Below are positions 19,926 to 30,168 of a stretch of DNA of 64,000 bases, in pieces. The notes beneath the pieces were generated by a model. The model was given only the letters and a program-made list of their open reading frames with translations. It was not told the DNA's origin and made no database searches. Numbering within the stretch: the stretch's first letter is position 1; every line of letters begins with the position of its first letter. Origin of the DNA: Vicinamibacteria bacterium (GTDB lineage Bacteria > Acidobacteriota > Vicinamibacteria > Marinacidobacterales > Marinacidobacteraceae); contig OZ219816.1 in assembly GCA_964291235.2 (NCBI GenBank), forward strand, positions 576,001-640,000, in the 5' to 3' direction. The translations under genes and the position numbers were made by a program.

Positions 19926-20892
19926 GCCCGGCGGCTTCCCGCGAGAGGCGGATCAGGCTTTCGTAGCGGGCCGGATCCGCTCTGCCGGCGGCGACGGCCG
20001 CCTGGACCGCGCAATCGGGCTCCGCCCGGTGGGAACAATCGGGGAACCGGCAGTCATCGGCGTAGTGGGCCAGATCGGGATGGGCGGCCCGGATGCCGGC
20101 TTCGGTCAGGCCGTCGAGACCGAGAGCCCGAATCCCCGGAGTGTCCACAATCTCCCCGCCGCCGGGAAGCCGGATCAGTTCCGCCGCCGTCGTCGTGTGG
20201 CGGCCCCTTCCCCTCCGATCGAGTCCGCCGCTACGGCGTCCGGGGACGCCGAGCGCCGCCAGCAGTTCCGTTTTTCCGACTCCCGAATGGCCGAACAGGA
20301 CGGCCCGGCCGCGGGCGACGCTCTCTCGGAAGGCGTCGAGGCCCTCCCCGGAACGCGTGCTGGTCCGGTGGACTTCGAGTTCGAGCCCGCGATACGGAGC
20401 GAGATCCTCTTCGAGTCCGGGGAGATCACCGGTTTTCGCCAGATCGAGCTTGTTGAAGACGAGGACTGGCGTCACGCCGGCATCGAAGGCAACCACGAGG
20501 GACCGGTCCAGGAAACCGGTGCGATACGGCGGGTCAACCAGGGCAGAGACGATGTAGCAGCGGTCGAGATTCGCCGCAAACACCCGCATCTCCCGGCGTT
20601 CCGGAGGCCCCACGGCTCGACGCAGCGCGTTCTTGCGGGGAAGGACGGCGGTAATGCGCCCGCCGGAGTTCCGGGGCCCGCTACCGTCTCGCCGGCCCGA
20701 CTCGGTCTTTTCGACGGTGACCTCGTCCCCGACCACCGCGGTAGCTCCGCCCGAGCGGACGGCGCCGCGGCCGAAGAGGCGTCCGGAGAGGGAGCAGCGC
20801 CAAAGGGAATCCGCTTCGCGGGCGGTATCGGAGTGGAGCCGGACCACGGCCGCCTTCCGGCCGATCCGGACCACGGTTCCGCTTCGCTCCAT
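19846..20892 (-). CDS. rsgA: Small-subunit-dependent GTPase A
   Basis: Circularly permuted NKLD / GHSGVGKT / GRHTT / DTPG; zinc finger CRFPDCSHRAEPDC. Confidence 0.93.
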   Translation of the reverse strand: MERSGTVVRIGRKAAVVRLHSDTAREADSLWRCSLSGRLFGRGAVRSGGATAVVGDEVTVEKTESGRRDGSGPRNSGGRITAVLPRKNALRRAVGPPERREMRVFAANLDRCYIVSALVDPPYRTGFLDRSLVVAFDAGVTPVLVFNKLDLAKTGDLPGLEEDLAPYRGLELEVHRTSTRSGEGLDAFRESVARGRAVLFGHSGVGKTELLAALGVPGRRSGGLDRRGRGRHTTTAAELIRLPGGGEIVDTPGIRALGLDGLTEAGIRAAHPDLAHYADDCRFPDCSHRAEPDCAVQAAVAAGRADPARYESLIRLSREAAGLSEEADLSEAGLAAETPGRHPPASSE

Positions 20893-20997
20893 CGGCCGGA
20901 TGCTACGTCGAGCGCTCCGGGGGTGGGGGCGGCACGCCAGGCTCCGTTCCAGTTATTCACGACGGAGCGGGCGAAAGGAGCCCCCACCCCCGGACCG

Positions 20998-21157
20998 CCC
21001 GGCGCTTCGCGCCGCGAACCGCAACTCCCTCACGCGCTGGCGCGCGCTTCGGCGAGTTCCGGTTCGTCGTTACCTTTTTGTGAAAGGGGGGGTGCCCCCC
21101 TTTCACACTTTCCCCCCGGTCACGCCGGCAGCGAACAAAGTTCGCTGCCATTTTTTC
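20998..21157. repeat. Structured repeat module, inverted copy of 3425-3585
   Basis: Direct comparison of the two loci; contains GTGAAAGGGGGG/CCCCCCTTTCAC and GGCAGCGAAC/GTTCGCTGCC stems. Confidence 0.9.
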
Positions 21158-21190
21158 TCTGCTGCAAACCCCGCAGCCCCACCGCACACA

Positions 21191-21547
21191 CGCAAGGGAA
21201 CGCCGGTCTCCAGGCCGGCACAGCCCCGCCGGAGGCGGGACGGCGGGACAGCCTCCCGCGAGCCAAGAAACGCGGGCGACCGCAAGGGAACGCCGGTCTC
21301 CAGACCGGCACAGCCCCGCGCAGCGGGGCGTCGGGACAGCCTCCCGCGAGCCAAGAAACGCGGGCGACCGCAAGGGAACGCCGGCCTCCAGGCCGGCACA
21401 GCCGCGCGCAGCGGGGCGGCGGGACAGCCTCCCGCGAGCCAAGAAACGCGGGCGACCGCAAGGGAACGCCGGCCTCCAGGCCGGCACAGCCCCGCGCAGC
21501 GGGGCGGCGGGACACCCTCCCAGCGTCAGGATGGTTCCCCTCTCGGC
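21191..21547 (+). repeat. Tandem array of four ~88-bp hairpin-containing units
   Basis: CGCAAGGGAACGCCGG starts at 21191, 21281, 21369 and 21457 (periods 90, 88, 88). Confidence 0.92.
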
Positions 21548-21686
21548 GCCGACCCCGGTAGCCCCAGCGTCGCACAAGCGAGAGAGGCACCCTCCAGCCC
21601 CACGCCCCACGACAGCGTCGCGCTCCTGCTCGGCCGGGTCCGCATGCTAACTTTCTGAGGCTGTCCGGGAGCCGCTGGGGAGCCTT

Positions 21687-22256
21687 GTGTCCGTGTCCTC
21701 AAAAACTGCGCAACTCGCCGTCCGCCGGTGGCTTTGCTGGTCACTCCTGGTGGTCGCCGGGAGCCTCGAGGCGTCCACCATTCGCTACCTGCCACTCGAC
21801 CAGATGGCGGTGCGGGCCGACCAGATCTTCACGGGCGAGGTGGTGGGCATCGCCAGTCAGTTGAACGCCCGGCGGACCGGCATCCATACCTTCGTCACCA
21901 TCGAGGTTGACGAGTACCTGAAGGGCGGCCGGCGCCGCCTGTTGACCCTCAGAATTCTGGGAGGAGAGGCCGAGGGCTACCGGCTGGTGGTGCCGGGTTC
22001 TCCGGTGTTCCACCTGGGCGAAGAGGTCCTGGTGTTCAGCGACGGCGGGGCGGGGAGAATTCCGGCCGTACTGGGGATGGCCGCGGGCAAATTCACGGTG
22101 AGCCGGGACCCGGAAACCGGGGAACGCGGCCTGGAACGGTCGCTGGCCGGCCTGACACTCGAGTCCGACGAGGGGGTTCCGGTCGCGGCCCCGCGCGGGG
22201 ATCCGGCGACGCTTGACGAAGTGCGCGACATCGTGCGCCAGGCCCTCGCCCGGTGA
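21687..22256 (+). CDS. Secreted hypothetical protein (possible NTR/TIMP-like OB fold)
   Basis: Signal peptide; ADQIFTGEV...GEEVLVF pattern; stop overlaps the next gene. Confidence 0.7.
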   Translation: MSVSSKTAQLAVRRWLCWSLLVVAGSLEASTIRYLPLDQMAVRADQIFTGEVVGIASQLNARRTGIHTFVTIEVDEYLKGGRRRLLTLRILGGEAEGYRLVVPGSPVFHLGEEVLVFSDGGAGRIPAVLGMAAGKFTVSRDPETGERGLERSLAGLTLESDEGVPVAAPRGDPATLDEVRDIVRQALAR

Positions 22257-23263
22257 CCGTTCGTCGGCTCCCCGGGCGCCTGCCCCGCTGGGCGGCGGCG
22301 GCGATTGTGCTGGCGCTCGGAGTCTCCGTCGGGACCACGACCGCGCTCGGGTATCAGTTGTTCCGGGGTCAGAGCTTCGTGTGGGCCACCGGGCTCCGCC
22401 CGGTGAGCTACTGGGTCGCCAACATGGAGGACAACTGGATGACCGTGGACGAGGTGGTGGAGGAGACCCGCGCCGCTTTCGATACCTGGTCCGCTCCGGA
22501 GGAGGTCGGCCTCGGGTTCTCCTACCGCGGCAAGACCAACCAGCGCCCCTTCGAGTTCTTCGACCGGACCAACACGGTGGGCTTCACCACCCGCGAACAC
22601 ATGGGCGAGCTGGGACTCTCCGAACTCACGCTGGCGGTGACGAGTTGGCTCACCATCATCGAAACCGGGGCCATCGCGGAGTCCGACATCCTCGTCAACC
22701 CGGCCTACAACTGGACGGACACGCCGGAACGGGGTGGATGGGACTACCGGTCAACGCTGGTCCATGAAGTTGGCCACTTCGTGGGGCTCGGACACTCGGG
22801 CGTCGGCCGGCAGTCCGAAGGCGCGCTGCTGGCGGGTTCCTCCGTGATGTGGCCGTACGGATTCGGAAGCGGCACCGCCCTCGGCCGGGCACTGACCGCG
22901 GATGACATAACCGGGGCCGCGGTCCTCTACCCGGGTCCGGCCGCGAAGAGCGGCGCCATCCAGGGCGTCGTCCGGCGTACCTCGGGAGAAACCGTCCGCT
23001 ATCCGCACGTCGTCGCCTACGAGCCGCTCCTCGACCACACGGTGGGCGGCTGGGGTGATGCAGAGGGGCAATACGAGATCGCCGGCCTGCCGAACGGGAA
23101 CTACGTGTTGCGCGTGAACCCGATCCCCGAGAGCCATGGCGCGCGGGCCTACTTCTTCCCCTTCGGTCGCGCGGACACCAATTTCAGCGTCTCCGTCCAT
23201 CCCCGGCTCGTGGGGGTAACCGACGGGCAGGCCACCGAGGTCAATCTCGAGGTCAGTCCGTGA
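22253..23263 (+). CDS. Matrixin (M10) metalloprotease with C-terminal carboxypeptidase-regulatory-like domain
   Basis: HEVGHFVGLGH zinc motif, SSVMWP Met-turn, signal peptide. Confidence 0.88.
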   Translation: MTVRRLPGRLPRWAAAAIVLALGVSVGTTTALGYQLFRGQSFVWATGLRPVSYWVANMEDNWMTVDEVVEETRAAFDTWSAPEEVGLGFSYRGKTNQRPFEFFDRTNTVGFTTREHMGELGLSELTLAVTSWLTIIETGAIAESDILVNPAYNWTDTPERGGWDYRSTLVHEVGHFVGLGHSGVGRQSEGALLAGSSVMWPYGFGSGTALGRALTADDITGAAVLYPGPAAKSGAIQGVVRRTSGETVRYPHVVAYEPLLDHTVGGWGDAEGQYEIAGLPNGNYVLRVNPIPESHGARAYFFPFGRADTNFSVSVHPRLVGVTDGQATEVNLEVSP

Positions 23264-24063
23264 GGATTCGGCGGCTCGGGTCTGCCGCGCTGCTTGTCGT
23301 AGCCACAGCCGGTCCAGCCGCCGCGGCCCCCGCCGGGACGGGCTGGGACCGGGCGGTTCCGAGTCGCGATTCCGGCAGGCTCCGAGACCTGCTCGAGAGT
23401 CTTCGGGAAGCCTCCCGGAACGCCTCCAGCGTCGCCCAGACGGACGCGAACCGCCAGGGGCCGGTCTTCTCGCGGCCCGGCGACTGGACGCACGCCGAAG
23501 CGGCCGTCGTTATTGGCAGCCAACTGGTGAACCAGGATCTCGGCTTTTCCCAAAACGTCTTTCAGACCGTCTCCGGAGAGGCCGAGGACGTGGGCTTCGG
23601 ACGACACCTGGGCGCCCGCGGCTCCTTTTTCGTGAACCGCTACCTGGGGGCGGAGGCCGGTTTCGCGCGCACGACGACCGAGTTCGAGTTCTCGGTCACC
23701 GACACGGAGGCCGGAGTCACCGTCCTTGCGGAGCCTCTCGAACAGATCAGCCAGGAGGCTTCCGTATCTGCGGTCGCGCAGTGGCCGCGCGCCGCCGTGA
23801 CGCCGTATGCGGTCGTCGGTTACGCGTGGAGAACCTCGGAGGTACAAGGGACGGACGCGTTCGAGTCGGGAGCCATCGTCCTGGGGGTCGGGATCAAGGT
23901 GCCCTTCCCGCGAATTCCGATCTCCCTGGCCTTCGACTACCGCTATGTCCAGTTTCGGGACGAGGAGGGCGATGTCCTCCGGCTCGCCGAGGGCGGTTTG
24001 GGGAGTCCCACGGTGTCCGCGCTGACGCTGGGCGTCGTCGTTCGACTCAACGTCAACCGTTAG
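23260..24063 (+). CDS. Putative outer-membrane beta-barrel protein
   Basis: Signal peptide, alternating beta strands (TPYAVVGY, AFDYRY, TLGVVVRL). Confidence 0.65.
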   Translation: MRIRRLGSAALLVVATAGPAAAAPAGTGWDRAVPSRDSGRLRDLLESLREASRNASSVAQTDANRQGPVFSRPGDWTHAEAAVVIGSQLVNQDLGFSQNVFQTVSGEAEDVGFGRHLGARGSFFVNRYLGAEAGFARTTTEFEFSVTDTEAGVTVLAEPLEQISQEASVSAVAQWPRAAVTPYAVVGYAWRTSEVQGTDAFESGAIVLGVGIKVPFPRIPISLAFDYRYVQFRDEEGDVLRLAEGGLGSPTVSALTLGVVVRLNVNR

Positions 24064-24153
24064 CGATAGCCGGGTCCGGGCACCGGCAAGCGCCGGGCCG
24101 GGTGCCCGCCGGCGTGGGCGGAGTCTTTTCGCGCCTGGCGCGCGGAGCGGGAA

Positions 24154-25197
24154 TCAGCGGGTCGCGGCGGCGCCCGGGAGGCCGCGGGTCAACAGCTTGA
24201 AGAGCAGTTTCAGGGCGAGATTCGAGCAGGCGAAGAGGTTGCTGACGACAACCACCGCGCCTACGGCGCGTCGGGACACCTTGACGTCCCGGCCACTTCG
24301 AAAGGCCGGCCGGCGGCGAATCCGGCGGAGGGTAAGCAGCGCGATGCCCAGGGGCCAGAGGCAGGACCGGCGAATGCCCGTTTCCCCCGCGGGAATCAGC
24401 AAGACGTAGCGAAGCGCGTCCTCAAGGTGCCCGCGCGCATATCCGACCAGTTCGGTCAGGCCGGCGGCGAAGCCGGGATCCGAGGCTCCGGGGGCGAGGG
24501 AGCCGAGGTTCACGCCGGCCGCCTGGAACAGATCCCGGGGCAGCCAGCACGCCCCGCGCCGGCGATCTTCCCAGATGTCCTTGAGGACGTTGATCATCTG
24601 CAGACCCTTGCCGAAAGAAACCGACAGCGCGAGCAGGTCGCTCCGCCGCCGGGCGATCTCGGCGGAGTAGTCGCAAAAGAACATGGTGAGGGTTTCTCCC
24701 ACGACGCCGGCAACGTGGTAGCAGTAGCGGTCCAGTTGCGCCAGGTCCCGGAGTCCGTCGGGGGTCGCGCTCCGCTGGAACTCCACCATGCCTCGCGTCA
24801 TGACCTCGACGCAGCGCCGGGTCGCGGCGCGCTGCGCGTCACTGAGCCGTGCGGTCACCCGGAGCACCCGTTCGGTGTTCGCCACCAGCGCGCGCTCGCT
24901 CCCGGAGGCGGCCGGGGAGAGGTTCGCTCCCAGTTCCCGGGCGAACCGGTCCGGATCACCCTGGCCCGCGACAAGTTCGACGAAGCGGTCCGAGAACGCC
25001 GCCTTCTCGTCCGCAGAGAGGGCCGGCTCGTCTTCGATGGTGTCCGCGATCCGGCAGAGGAGATAGAGATTGCCGGTAGCGTCGTAGAGGGTCCCCGGCA
25101 GCGGACGCAGGGTGAGAGCGAAGGTGCGGGCCACGCCCTCCAGGATTTCCCGCTGGTAGGCGAGATCGTCGCTCTCCGAACGGGTCCGGGACGTCAT
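24154..25197 (-). CDS. Squalene/phytoene synthase family protein
   Basis: [28 protein letters not shown] and [13 protein letters not shown] motifs. Confidence 0.88.
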   Translation of the reverse strand: MTSRTRSESDDLAYQREILEGVARTFALTLRPLPGTLYDATGNLYLLCRIADTIEDEPALSADEKAAFSDRFVELVAGQGDPDRFARELGANLSPAASGSERALVANTERVLRVTARLSDAQRAATRRCVEVMTRGMVEFQRSATPDGLRDLAQLDRYCYHVAGVVGETLTMFFCDYSAEIARRRSDLLALSVSFGKGLQMINVLKDIWEDRRRGACWLPRDLFQAAGVNLGSLAPGASDPGFAAGLTELVGYARGHLEDALRYVLLIPAGETGIRRSCLWPLGIALLTLRRIRRRPAFRSGRDVKVSRRAVGAVVVVSNLFACSNLALKLLFKLLTRGLPGAAATR

Positions 25198-25210
25198 CGC
25201 GAAGTCGGCT

Positions 25211-26911
25211 TCACCGTTCGAGCTGGTCCAGCGCCGCCAGGAAGTCGCTCCAGGGCACCGGCTCGCCGTGCACCGGGGCGAGCGTCTCCACGTCGAGCTG
25301 CATGCGTTCCACCTGCGCCCGCAGGGAGCGCATGGACGGCAGCTGCGCCGCTTTCGGAGGCTCGTGGGTGTCGAACAGATCGGCCTGAAACGCGATGCGC
25401 TCGTCCGGCAAATAGGCCATCAGCATCCCGGCGGCGTGCCGCAGCGGTTGCACGTAATAAACGCGCAGGATTCGGGAGTTGTCGGTGATGACGTAGTTCT
25501 CCTGGACCGCCTCGTAGGTGTAGCCCTCGGCCAGCTCGGTCGGGGGCCATTTCGAGACGATATCGGGCCTGACCGTCCTCGGCTCGTAGGTCAGCACGTC
25601 GTGGTTCAGGAAGTCCAGGTTGAGGATGTGGGTCACGACGGTCGATCCGACGTGCAGGTAGGTGCGCAGCCCCCCGATGTGGTCGAAGTGCGGGTGGGAG
25701 GTGATCACCCAGCGGATCGGCTTGTCCGGAGCCAGCTGCGCGATCCGGTCGATGACCTTCAGGCTCCGCTCCTCGTCGCCGGGGGCTTCAAAGACCGCGA
25801 CGAAGTCGCGGAACTCCACCAGGTAGCTGTTCGCCGGACCGCCGCCGAGCCGATACACGCCGCCGGTGATCTCGTCCACCGTCACCTCGGCGGACCAGTC
25901 CGCCGCGGCCACCGACTCCGGCACCGGCACCGGGCTCCCGCACTCGTTGGGGCGGATGTCCGCGAAGGTGCCGCCGTAGGCGTTGTGCCCGGTGCTCTGC
26001 CGGTAGAACTGCCAGTTGTCGTCCCAGCCCTGGTGCGAGTGCCAGTCGGCCGGCCACCTGACGTTGCCGAACGAGAGGTGATTCGTGGACTCGTGCTCGA
26101 TGTTGAAGTCGCCCAGGGCGGGGATGTTCACCGTCGTCTTGATCCGTTGAATCCGGTTTCGGGAGTTGATGGTGGCGTCCACCCGGTACTTGCCGAACAT
26201 GGTGATTGCGACGACGTGCATCTTCTCGGGTGCGACGACGTTGCCGTCGCGGCCCTTCTCGATCTGCTCCCAGCGCCAGAAGGCCACCGGGTCGGCTCCC
26301 GGCAGGCGCGCGGCCTTGAGGAACCCGTGCGGGTTCAGCCACATGTCGAGCCGGTACACCTCGGCGATTTCGGGCGGCACCGCGACCGGCGGGCCGTCGC
26401 CGTCCATGTGCCAGGAGAACTCGCCGTTCGTGACGTGGGTCTGCCGCCTCTGCCGCTGGGTCGGCGTGCCACCGCGCCAGCCGAGGCCGTACTTCCACGA
26501 CGCCGGCGCCAGGCCCGGCTGCCGTTCGAAGGTCTCCACGCTCGTGCCCGCTTCCCAGTTGATCACGCGCGTGTAGTTCGCCAGGGCGTCGATGCGTGGC
26601 CAGTCAACATTCACCGCGTTTTCGAACGTCTGGCCCACGGCGCCGGCGTAGCCGCTGCCGGAGAAGGTGATGCAGCGGAGGTCGGCCTCGCCGATCTCCT
26701 CGCCGACGGCGGCGAGCAGGGGAGCCGGATCGACGAAGCCGGGCGGAAACTCCTGGGCGGCCAGTGGATGCGCCCCCAGCACGAGCACCGCGAGGCTGCC
26801 GGCGAGACGCTTCGCCACGACGCCCGCACCCGGTCGCGCGCGGCGATCCGCCGGCTGCCGGTCGTTGCCGAGCGGTGATGGCGAGGTCCTCGCGGGTGGC
26901 GGACGGGGCAT
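25211..26911 (-). CDS. Secreted metallo-beta-lactamase-fold hydrolase
   Basis: [21 protein letters not shown] and PVHG motifs; signal peptide ending LAAQ. Confidence 0.85.
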   Translation of the reverse strand: MPRPPPARTSPSPLGNDRQPADRRARPGAGVVAKRLAGSLAVLVLGAHPLAAQEFPPGFVDPAPLLAAVGEEIGEADLRCITFSGSGYAGAVGQTFENAVNVDWPRIDALANYTRVINWEAGTSVETFERQPGLAPASWKYGLGWRGGTPTQRQRRQTHVTNGEFSWHMDGDGPPVAVPPEIAEVYRLDMWLNPHGFLKAARLPGADPVAFWRWEQIEKGRDGNVVAPEKMHVVAITMFGKYRVDATINSRNRIQRIKTTVNIPALGDFNIEHESTNHLSFGNVRWPADWHSHQGWDDNWQFYRQSTGHNAYGGTFADIRPNECGSPVPVPESVAAADWSAEVTVDEITGGVYRLGGGPANSYLVEFRDFVAVFEAPGDEERSLKVIDRIAQLAPDKPIRWVITSHPHFDHIGGLRTYLHVGSTVVTHILNLDFLNHDVLTYEPRTVRPDIVSKWPPTELAEGYTYEAVQENYVITDNSRILRVYYVQPLRHAAGMLMAYLPDERIAFQADLFDTHEPPKAAQLPSMRSLRAQVERMQLDVETLAPVHGEPVPWSDFLAALDQLER

Positions 26912-26922
26912 CGGGAACGGCC

Positions 26923-26928
26923 TACAAT
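26923..26928 (+). promoter_or_regulatory. Putative -10 box (TACAAT) for tRNA-Thr
   Basis: TACAAT 11 bp upstream of the tRNA 5' end. Confidence 0.55.
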
Positions 26929-26939
26929 GGAGTCGGCTA

Positions 26940-27011
26940 GCCGGTGTAGCTCAGGGGTAGAGCAGCTGATTCGTAATCAGCAGGTCGGTGGTTCAAATCC
27001 ACTCGCCGGCT
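26940..27011 (+). tRNA. tRNA-Thr(CGT), CCA not encoded
   Basis: GCCGGTG/CGCCGGC acceptor stem, TAGCTCAG D-arm, GCTGA-TTCGTAA-TCAGC anticodon arm, GGTTCAAATCC T-arm. Confidence 0.96.
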
Positions 27012-27427
27012 CAGCCGCCCGTTTCCCTGGTCCGCCACCGTGTCCAGATGCCCTGGACGGCGAAGGCCAATCCGAGGGCAGCCAGGATGGGGATTCCTCC
27101 CAGGAGCAGGATGCCGGGCGGGCCGAGCAGGCCTCCGAACACGCTGCCGAGGGCCGAGAGGGGAACGGCGACGATCCAGAGAACGATCGGCACCCTGGGG
27201 TTCATCCGGAAGCGACGCAGCGTCCAGATGAGTGGCAAGGCGAAGATGCAGCCGGCCGCGTAGGCGAAGAGCAATCCCGGGATCACCGCGGACGCGTCCA
27301 CGAGCGAGAGCGGCCCCGCGTCCTACATCAGCAACAGGCGGCCCAGCGCGACTACCAGGAATACGCTGGTGTAGGCGGCCCCGTACCAGAGGCTGGCGCG
27401 GTAGCCGGGTTGCTGCGGGATGGGCAT
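27011..27427 (-). pseudogene. Small membrane protein interrupted by an in-frame TAG at 27323-27325
   Basis: MPIPQQPGYRASLWYGAAYTSVFLVVALGRLLLM*DAGPLSLVDASAVIPGLLF...; hydrophobic helices continue in the same frame on both sides of the stop. Confidence 0.55.
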
Positions 27428-27486
27428 CCGGGATTGTGGGGTGAAACGCCACCTTAGCGCGACGAGGCCCGCTCCCCCGCGGCCCC

Positions 27487-28518
27487 TCAGGGCGCCTCCA
27501 CCGAGAACGCTTCGAGGGTGGCTCCCAGCTTCCTCAGGTCTTCCGTATCTCCGAGGAGCATGAGCTTGTCGCCGCGCTCGATCCGCTGATCGCCCCTTGG
27601 CGCGATCAGCAGGTTCTGGCCGTCCCGCCGAATCGCCAGGACGAGGACGTTGGCTTCCCGGCCCAGGGAGGAATCGGCGATCGTCTTCTCGGAGAGTGCG
27701 GACCCGGCGGTCACGACGAGCTCGCCGGACCCGAATCCCGGATGCGTCATTTCGGAGATGCCGTGCAGCAGGTGATGGGTGTCCGAACCGCAGAGATTGC
27801 GGAGCACCACGCGGCTGGCGGTGAGGTGCGGCGAGATGACATCGTGGGTGGCGGCGCCCGCCCGCTCCAGATTCGCGCGGGAACGATCCTCTTCGGATCG
27901 TGCGAGGACCCGGATCCTGGGACGAAGCGCCGTGGCGGTCATGGTGATCGACAGGTTGTCGCCGTCGTTCGGGAGCAGGGCGACGATGGTCGAAGCCCGC
28001 CGCACACCGGCCCGCTCCAGCGTCTCTTCAGCGGTGGAATCTCCTTGGATGATGTCCACTCCCTGCCGGGTCGCTTCTTCGACGGCTTCCGAGGAGTCCT
28101 CGATCACGCACACCTCGTTCCCGTGCCGCCGGAGGCCGGCCGTGACCCGCCGGCCCATCCTCCCGAAGCCGCAGACAATGATGTGATCCTTCATGCGTCG
28201 GATTCTCCTTTCCTGCCGCTGCACCGGCGCTTCGGTGATCCATTGGGCCAGCGCCCCGAACGAGTAACCCAGGGTCGCCACGCCGCCACCGATGAGAAAC
28301 ACTGTGAATAGCCGGCCGGTTGGCGACAGTGGCTGAACCTCGCCGTAACCCACGGTCGAGAGGGTGATGACCGTCATGTAGAACGCGTCCAGGGGACTCC
28401 AGGACTCGATCCACATGAAGCCGAGGGTGCCGGTGATGACAACGCCGGCGGCGGCGGTGGCCGCGGCCCCGAAGCCGAAGCGCCACCGGGCGCCCAGCCA
28501 GGGCCGGAAAACAGTCAC
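27487..28518 (-). CDS. Potassium channel with RCK (TrkA-N/C) domains
   Basis: TVGYG selectivity filter, CGFGRMG Rossmann motif, TrkA-C tail. Confidence 0.92.
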   Translation of the reverse strand: MTVFRPWLGARWRFGFGAAATAAAGVVITGTLGFMWIESWSPLDAFYMTVITLSTVGYGEVQPLSPTGRLFTVFLIGGGVATLGYSFGALAQWITEAPVQRQERRIRRMKDHIIVCGFGRMGRRVTAGLRRHGNEVCVIEDSSEAVEEATRQGVDIIQGDSTAEETLERAGVRRASTIVALLPNDGDNLSITMTATALRPRIRVLARSEEDRSRANLERAGAATHDVISPHLTASRVVLRNLCGSDTHHLLHGISEMTHPGFGSGELVVTAGSALSEKTIADSSLGREANVLVLAIRRDGQNLLIAPRGDQRIERGDKLMLLGDTEDLRKLGATLEAFSVEAP

Positions 28519-28604
28519 CGGAGGCTCCCGTCGGAAGGTTTCAGGGGGCCGCCCGAGGCGCGGATGGCGATGCGATTCATCCGTCGGCCAGACTCAAGCC
28601 TTTA

Positions 28605-28873
28605 CAGCCCGTGGCCAAACCCGCGCGGCCCGGTTCTCCCGGTGGGGGCTTGAGCGGCGATGCCCAGTTCTCCCGGTGGGGGCCCCGCCTGGTTCCCACC
28701 GGGAGGACTGGCCGCCCCCCCACCCGGAGAACTGGCGCCTAGCGGCGCTCATCGTTGCGTTTCGGTCGCAATACACCCGGTATTCCTTCCGCACGCGCCG
28801 CCCCCACCGGGAGAACTGGGTCACCCGGGCGCCTCGCCACTCTCGGCGCTCACGGGGGTTTCACCACAGGCTG
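28605..28873. mobile_element. MITE-like element, copy 1
   Basis: Ends CAGCCCGTGGCCAAACCC / GGGTTTCACCACAGGCTG; interior similar to 59334-59566; flanks TTTA/TCCA are not a clean duplication. Confidence 0.7.
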
Positions 28874-28882
28874 TCCATCCGG

Positions 28883-28957
<75 letters not shown>

Positions 28958-28974
28958 TCCGGATGAGGGGCGCC

Positions 28975-29004
28975 ACTCTACATCCGGGGATGGGAATCTG
29001 TCAA
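28975..29004 (-). promoter_or_regulatory. Sigma70-type promoter of tRNA-fMet
   Basis: TTGACA-18 bp-TAGAGT followed by GC-rich discriminator GGCGCC. Confidence 0.75.
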
Positions 29005-29148
29005 AGATCCGGAACGGGTGTCCGCGGCGGGCGGGAGGCCGGAAGAAGCCGGACCGCGAGTTACTATGAAAAAAGAGTTTCGGCGGGCTCCCGGCAGTGT
29101 CGCCGGCGCTCCGTCGCCCGCCAACCCGCCTGCCTCCCGAGTGCGTTC

Positions 29149-30156
29149 GTGACCGTGCCCAATCCGGATTCCCTGCTTTCTGCGGAGGAGGTCCAGGCGG
29201 CGATCCAGTCGCTTTCCGGGCTCGCCGAGGAGCGGGCGATCGAGTTGTGGCGGACCGAACACCTCGGGCGCAAGTCGAAACTCATGCTCTCGCTGCGCTC
29301 GCTGGGACGGCTTGATCCTGCCGCTCGAGCCGCCGCCGGCCGGTTGCTGAACGACGCGAAGTCCCGTCTCGGGGAAGCGTTGAAGGCAAAACAGGCCGAG
29401 GTGAAGGCGCGCCGAACCAGGGACCTGGCGGCCCTCGACGTGAGCCTTCCCGGACGGCCGCTGCCCGCCGGTGGACTCCACCCGATCGCCCGCACTGAGC
29501 GGGCGATCGTCGCCGCCTTCGCTTCCATGGGATTTCACGTGATCGAGGGACCCGAGGTCGAGCTCGAGTACTACAACTTCGAGGCCCTCCGGATCCCGGC
29601 CGATCACCCCGCGCGGGACGCGATGGACACGTTCTATCTCGATGGTCCCGATGACGGGCAGCCGCTTCTCCTGCGGACCCACACCTCACCGAACCAGATC
29701 CGCCACATGGAACAGCACGAGCCGCCGATCCGGCTGATCGCTCCCGGCCGGACCTACCGGAACGAGGCCACGGACGCCACCCATGAGTGGATGATCACCC
29801 AGACCGAGTTGCTGGCGGTGGACCGCGGCCTCACCCTCGCGCATCTCAAGGGAACGCTCTACGAGTTCGCGCGGCATCTGTTCGGAGAAGAGCGGGAGAT
29901 CCGTTTCCGCTGCGACTACTTTCCGTTCGTGGAACCGGGAGTCGAGGTGTCGATCAGCAGTCCCGACGGCTGGATCGAGATCCTCGGCGCGGGGATGGTG
30001 CATCCCGAGATCCTCGCCAACATGGGCTACGACCCGGAGGAGTACACCGGATTCGCGGCGGGACTCGGCGTCGAGCGGATCGCGATGCTCCGGCACGGGA
30101 TCCGGGACATCCGCCGCTTTTACGAAAACGACCTCCGTTTCCTACGCCAGTTCTAG
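29149..30156 (+). CDS. pheS: Phenylalanyl-tRNA synthetase alpha subunit (start approximate)
   Basis: HPARDAMDTFY, LLRTHTS, FPFVEP, GAGMVHP and GLGVERIAM motifs. Confidence 0.96.
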   Translation: MTVPNPDSLLSAEEVQAAIQSLSGLAEERAIELWRTEHLGRKSKLMLSLRSLGRLDPAARAAAGRLLNDAKSRLGEALKAKQAEVKARRTRDLAALDVSLPGRPLPAGGLHPIARTERAIVAAFASMGFHVIEGPEVELEYYNFEALRIPADHPARDAMDTFYLDGPDDGQPLLLRTHTSPNQIRHMEQHEPPIRLIAPGRTYRNEATDATHEWMITQTELLAVDRGLTLAHLKGTLYEFARHLFGEEREIRFRCDYFPFVEPGVEVSISSPDGWIEILGAGMVHPEILANMGYDPEEYTGFAAGLGVERIAMLRHGIRDIRRFYENDLRFLRQF

Positions 30157-30168
30157 GTTCAAACTCCA

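Noticed and set aside
21191-21547. Possible CRISPR array
   Set aside because: The sequences between hairpins are nearly identical rather than unique spacers, and there are no cas genes in the window.
24154-25197. Hopanoid or carotenoid gene cluster
   Set aside because: The synthase stands alone; no cyclase or desaturase genes nearby.
27323-27325. Pyrrolysine or amber recoding
   Set aside because: No pyl genes in the window, and TAG is used as a normal stop by many genes here.
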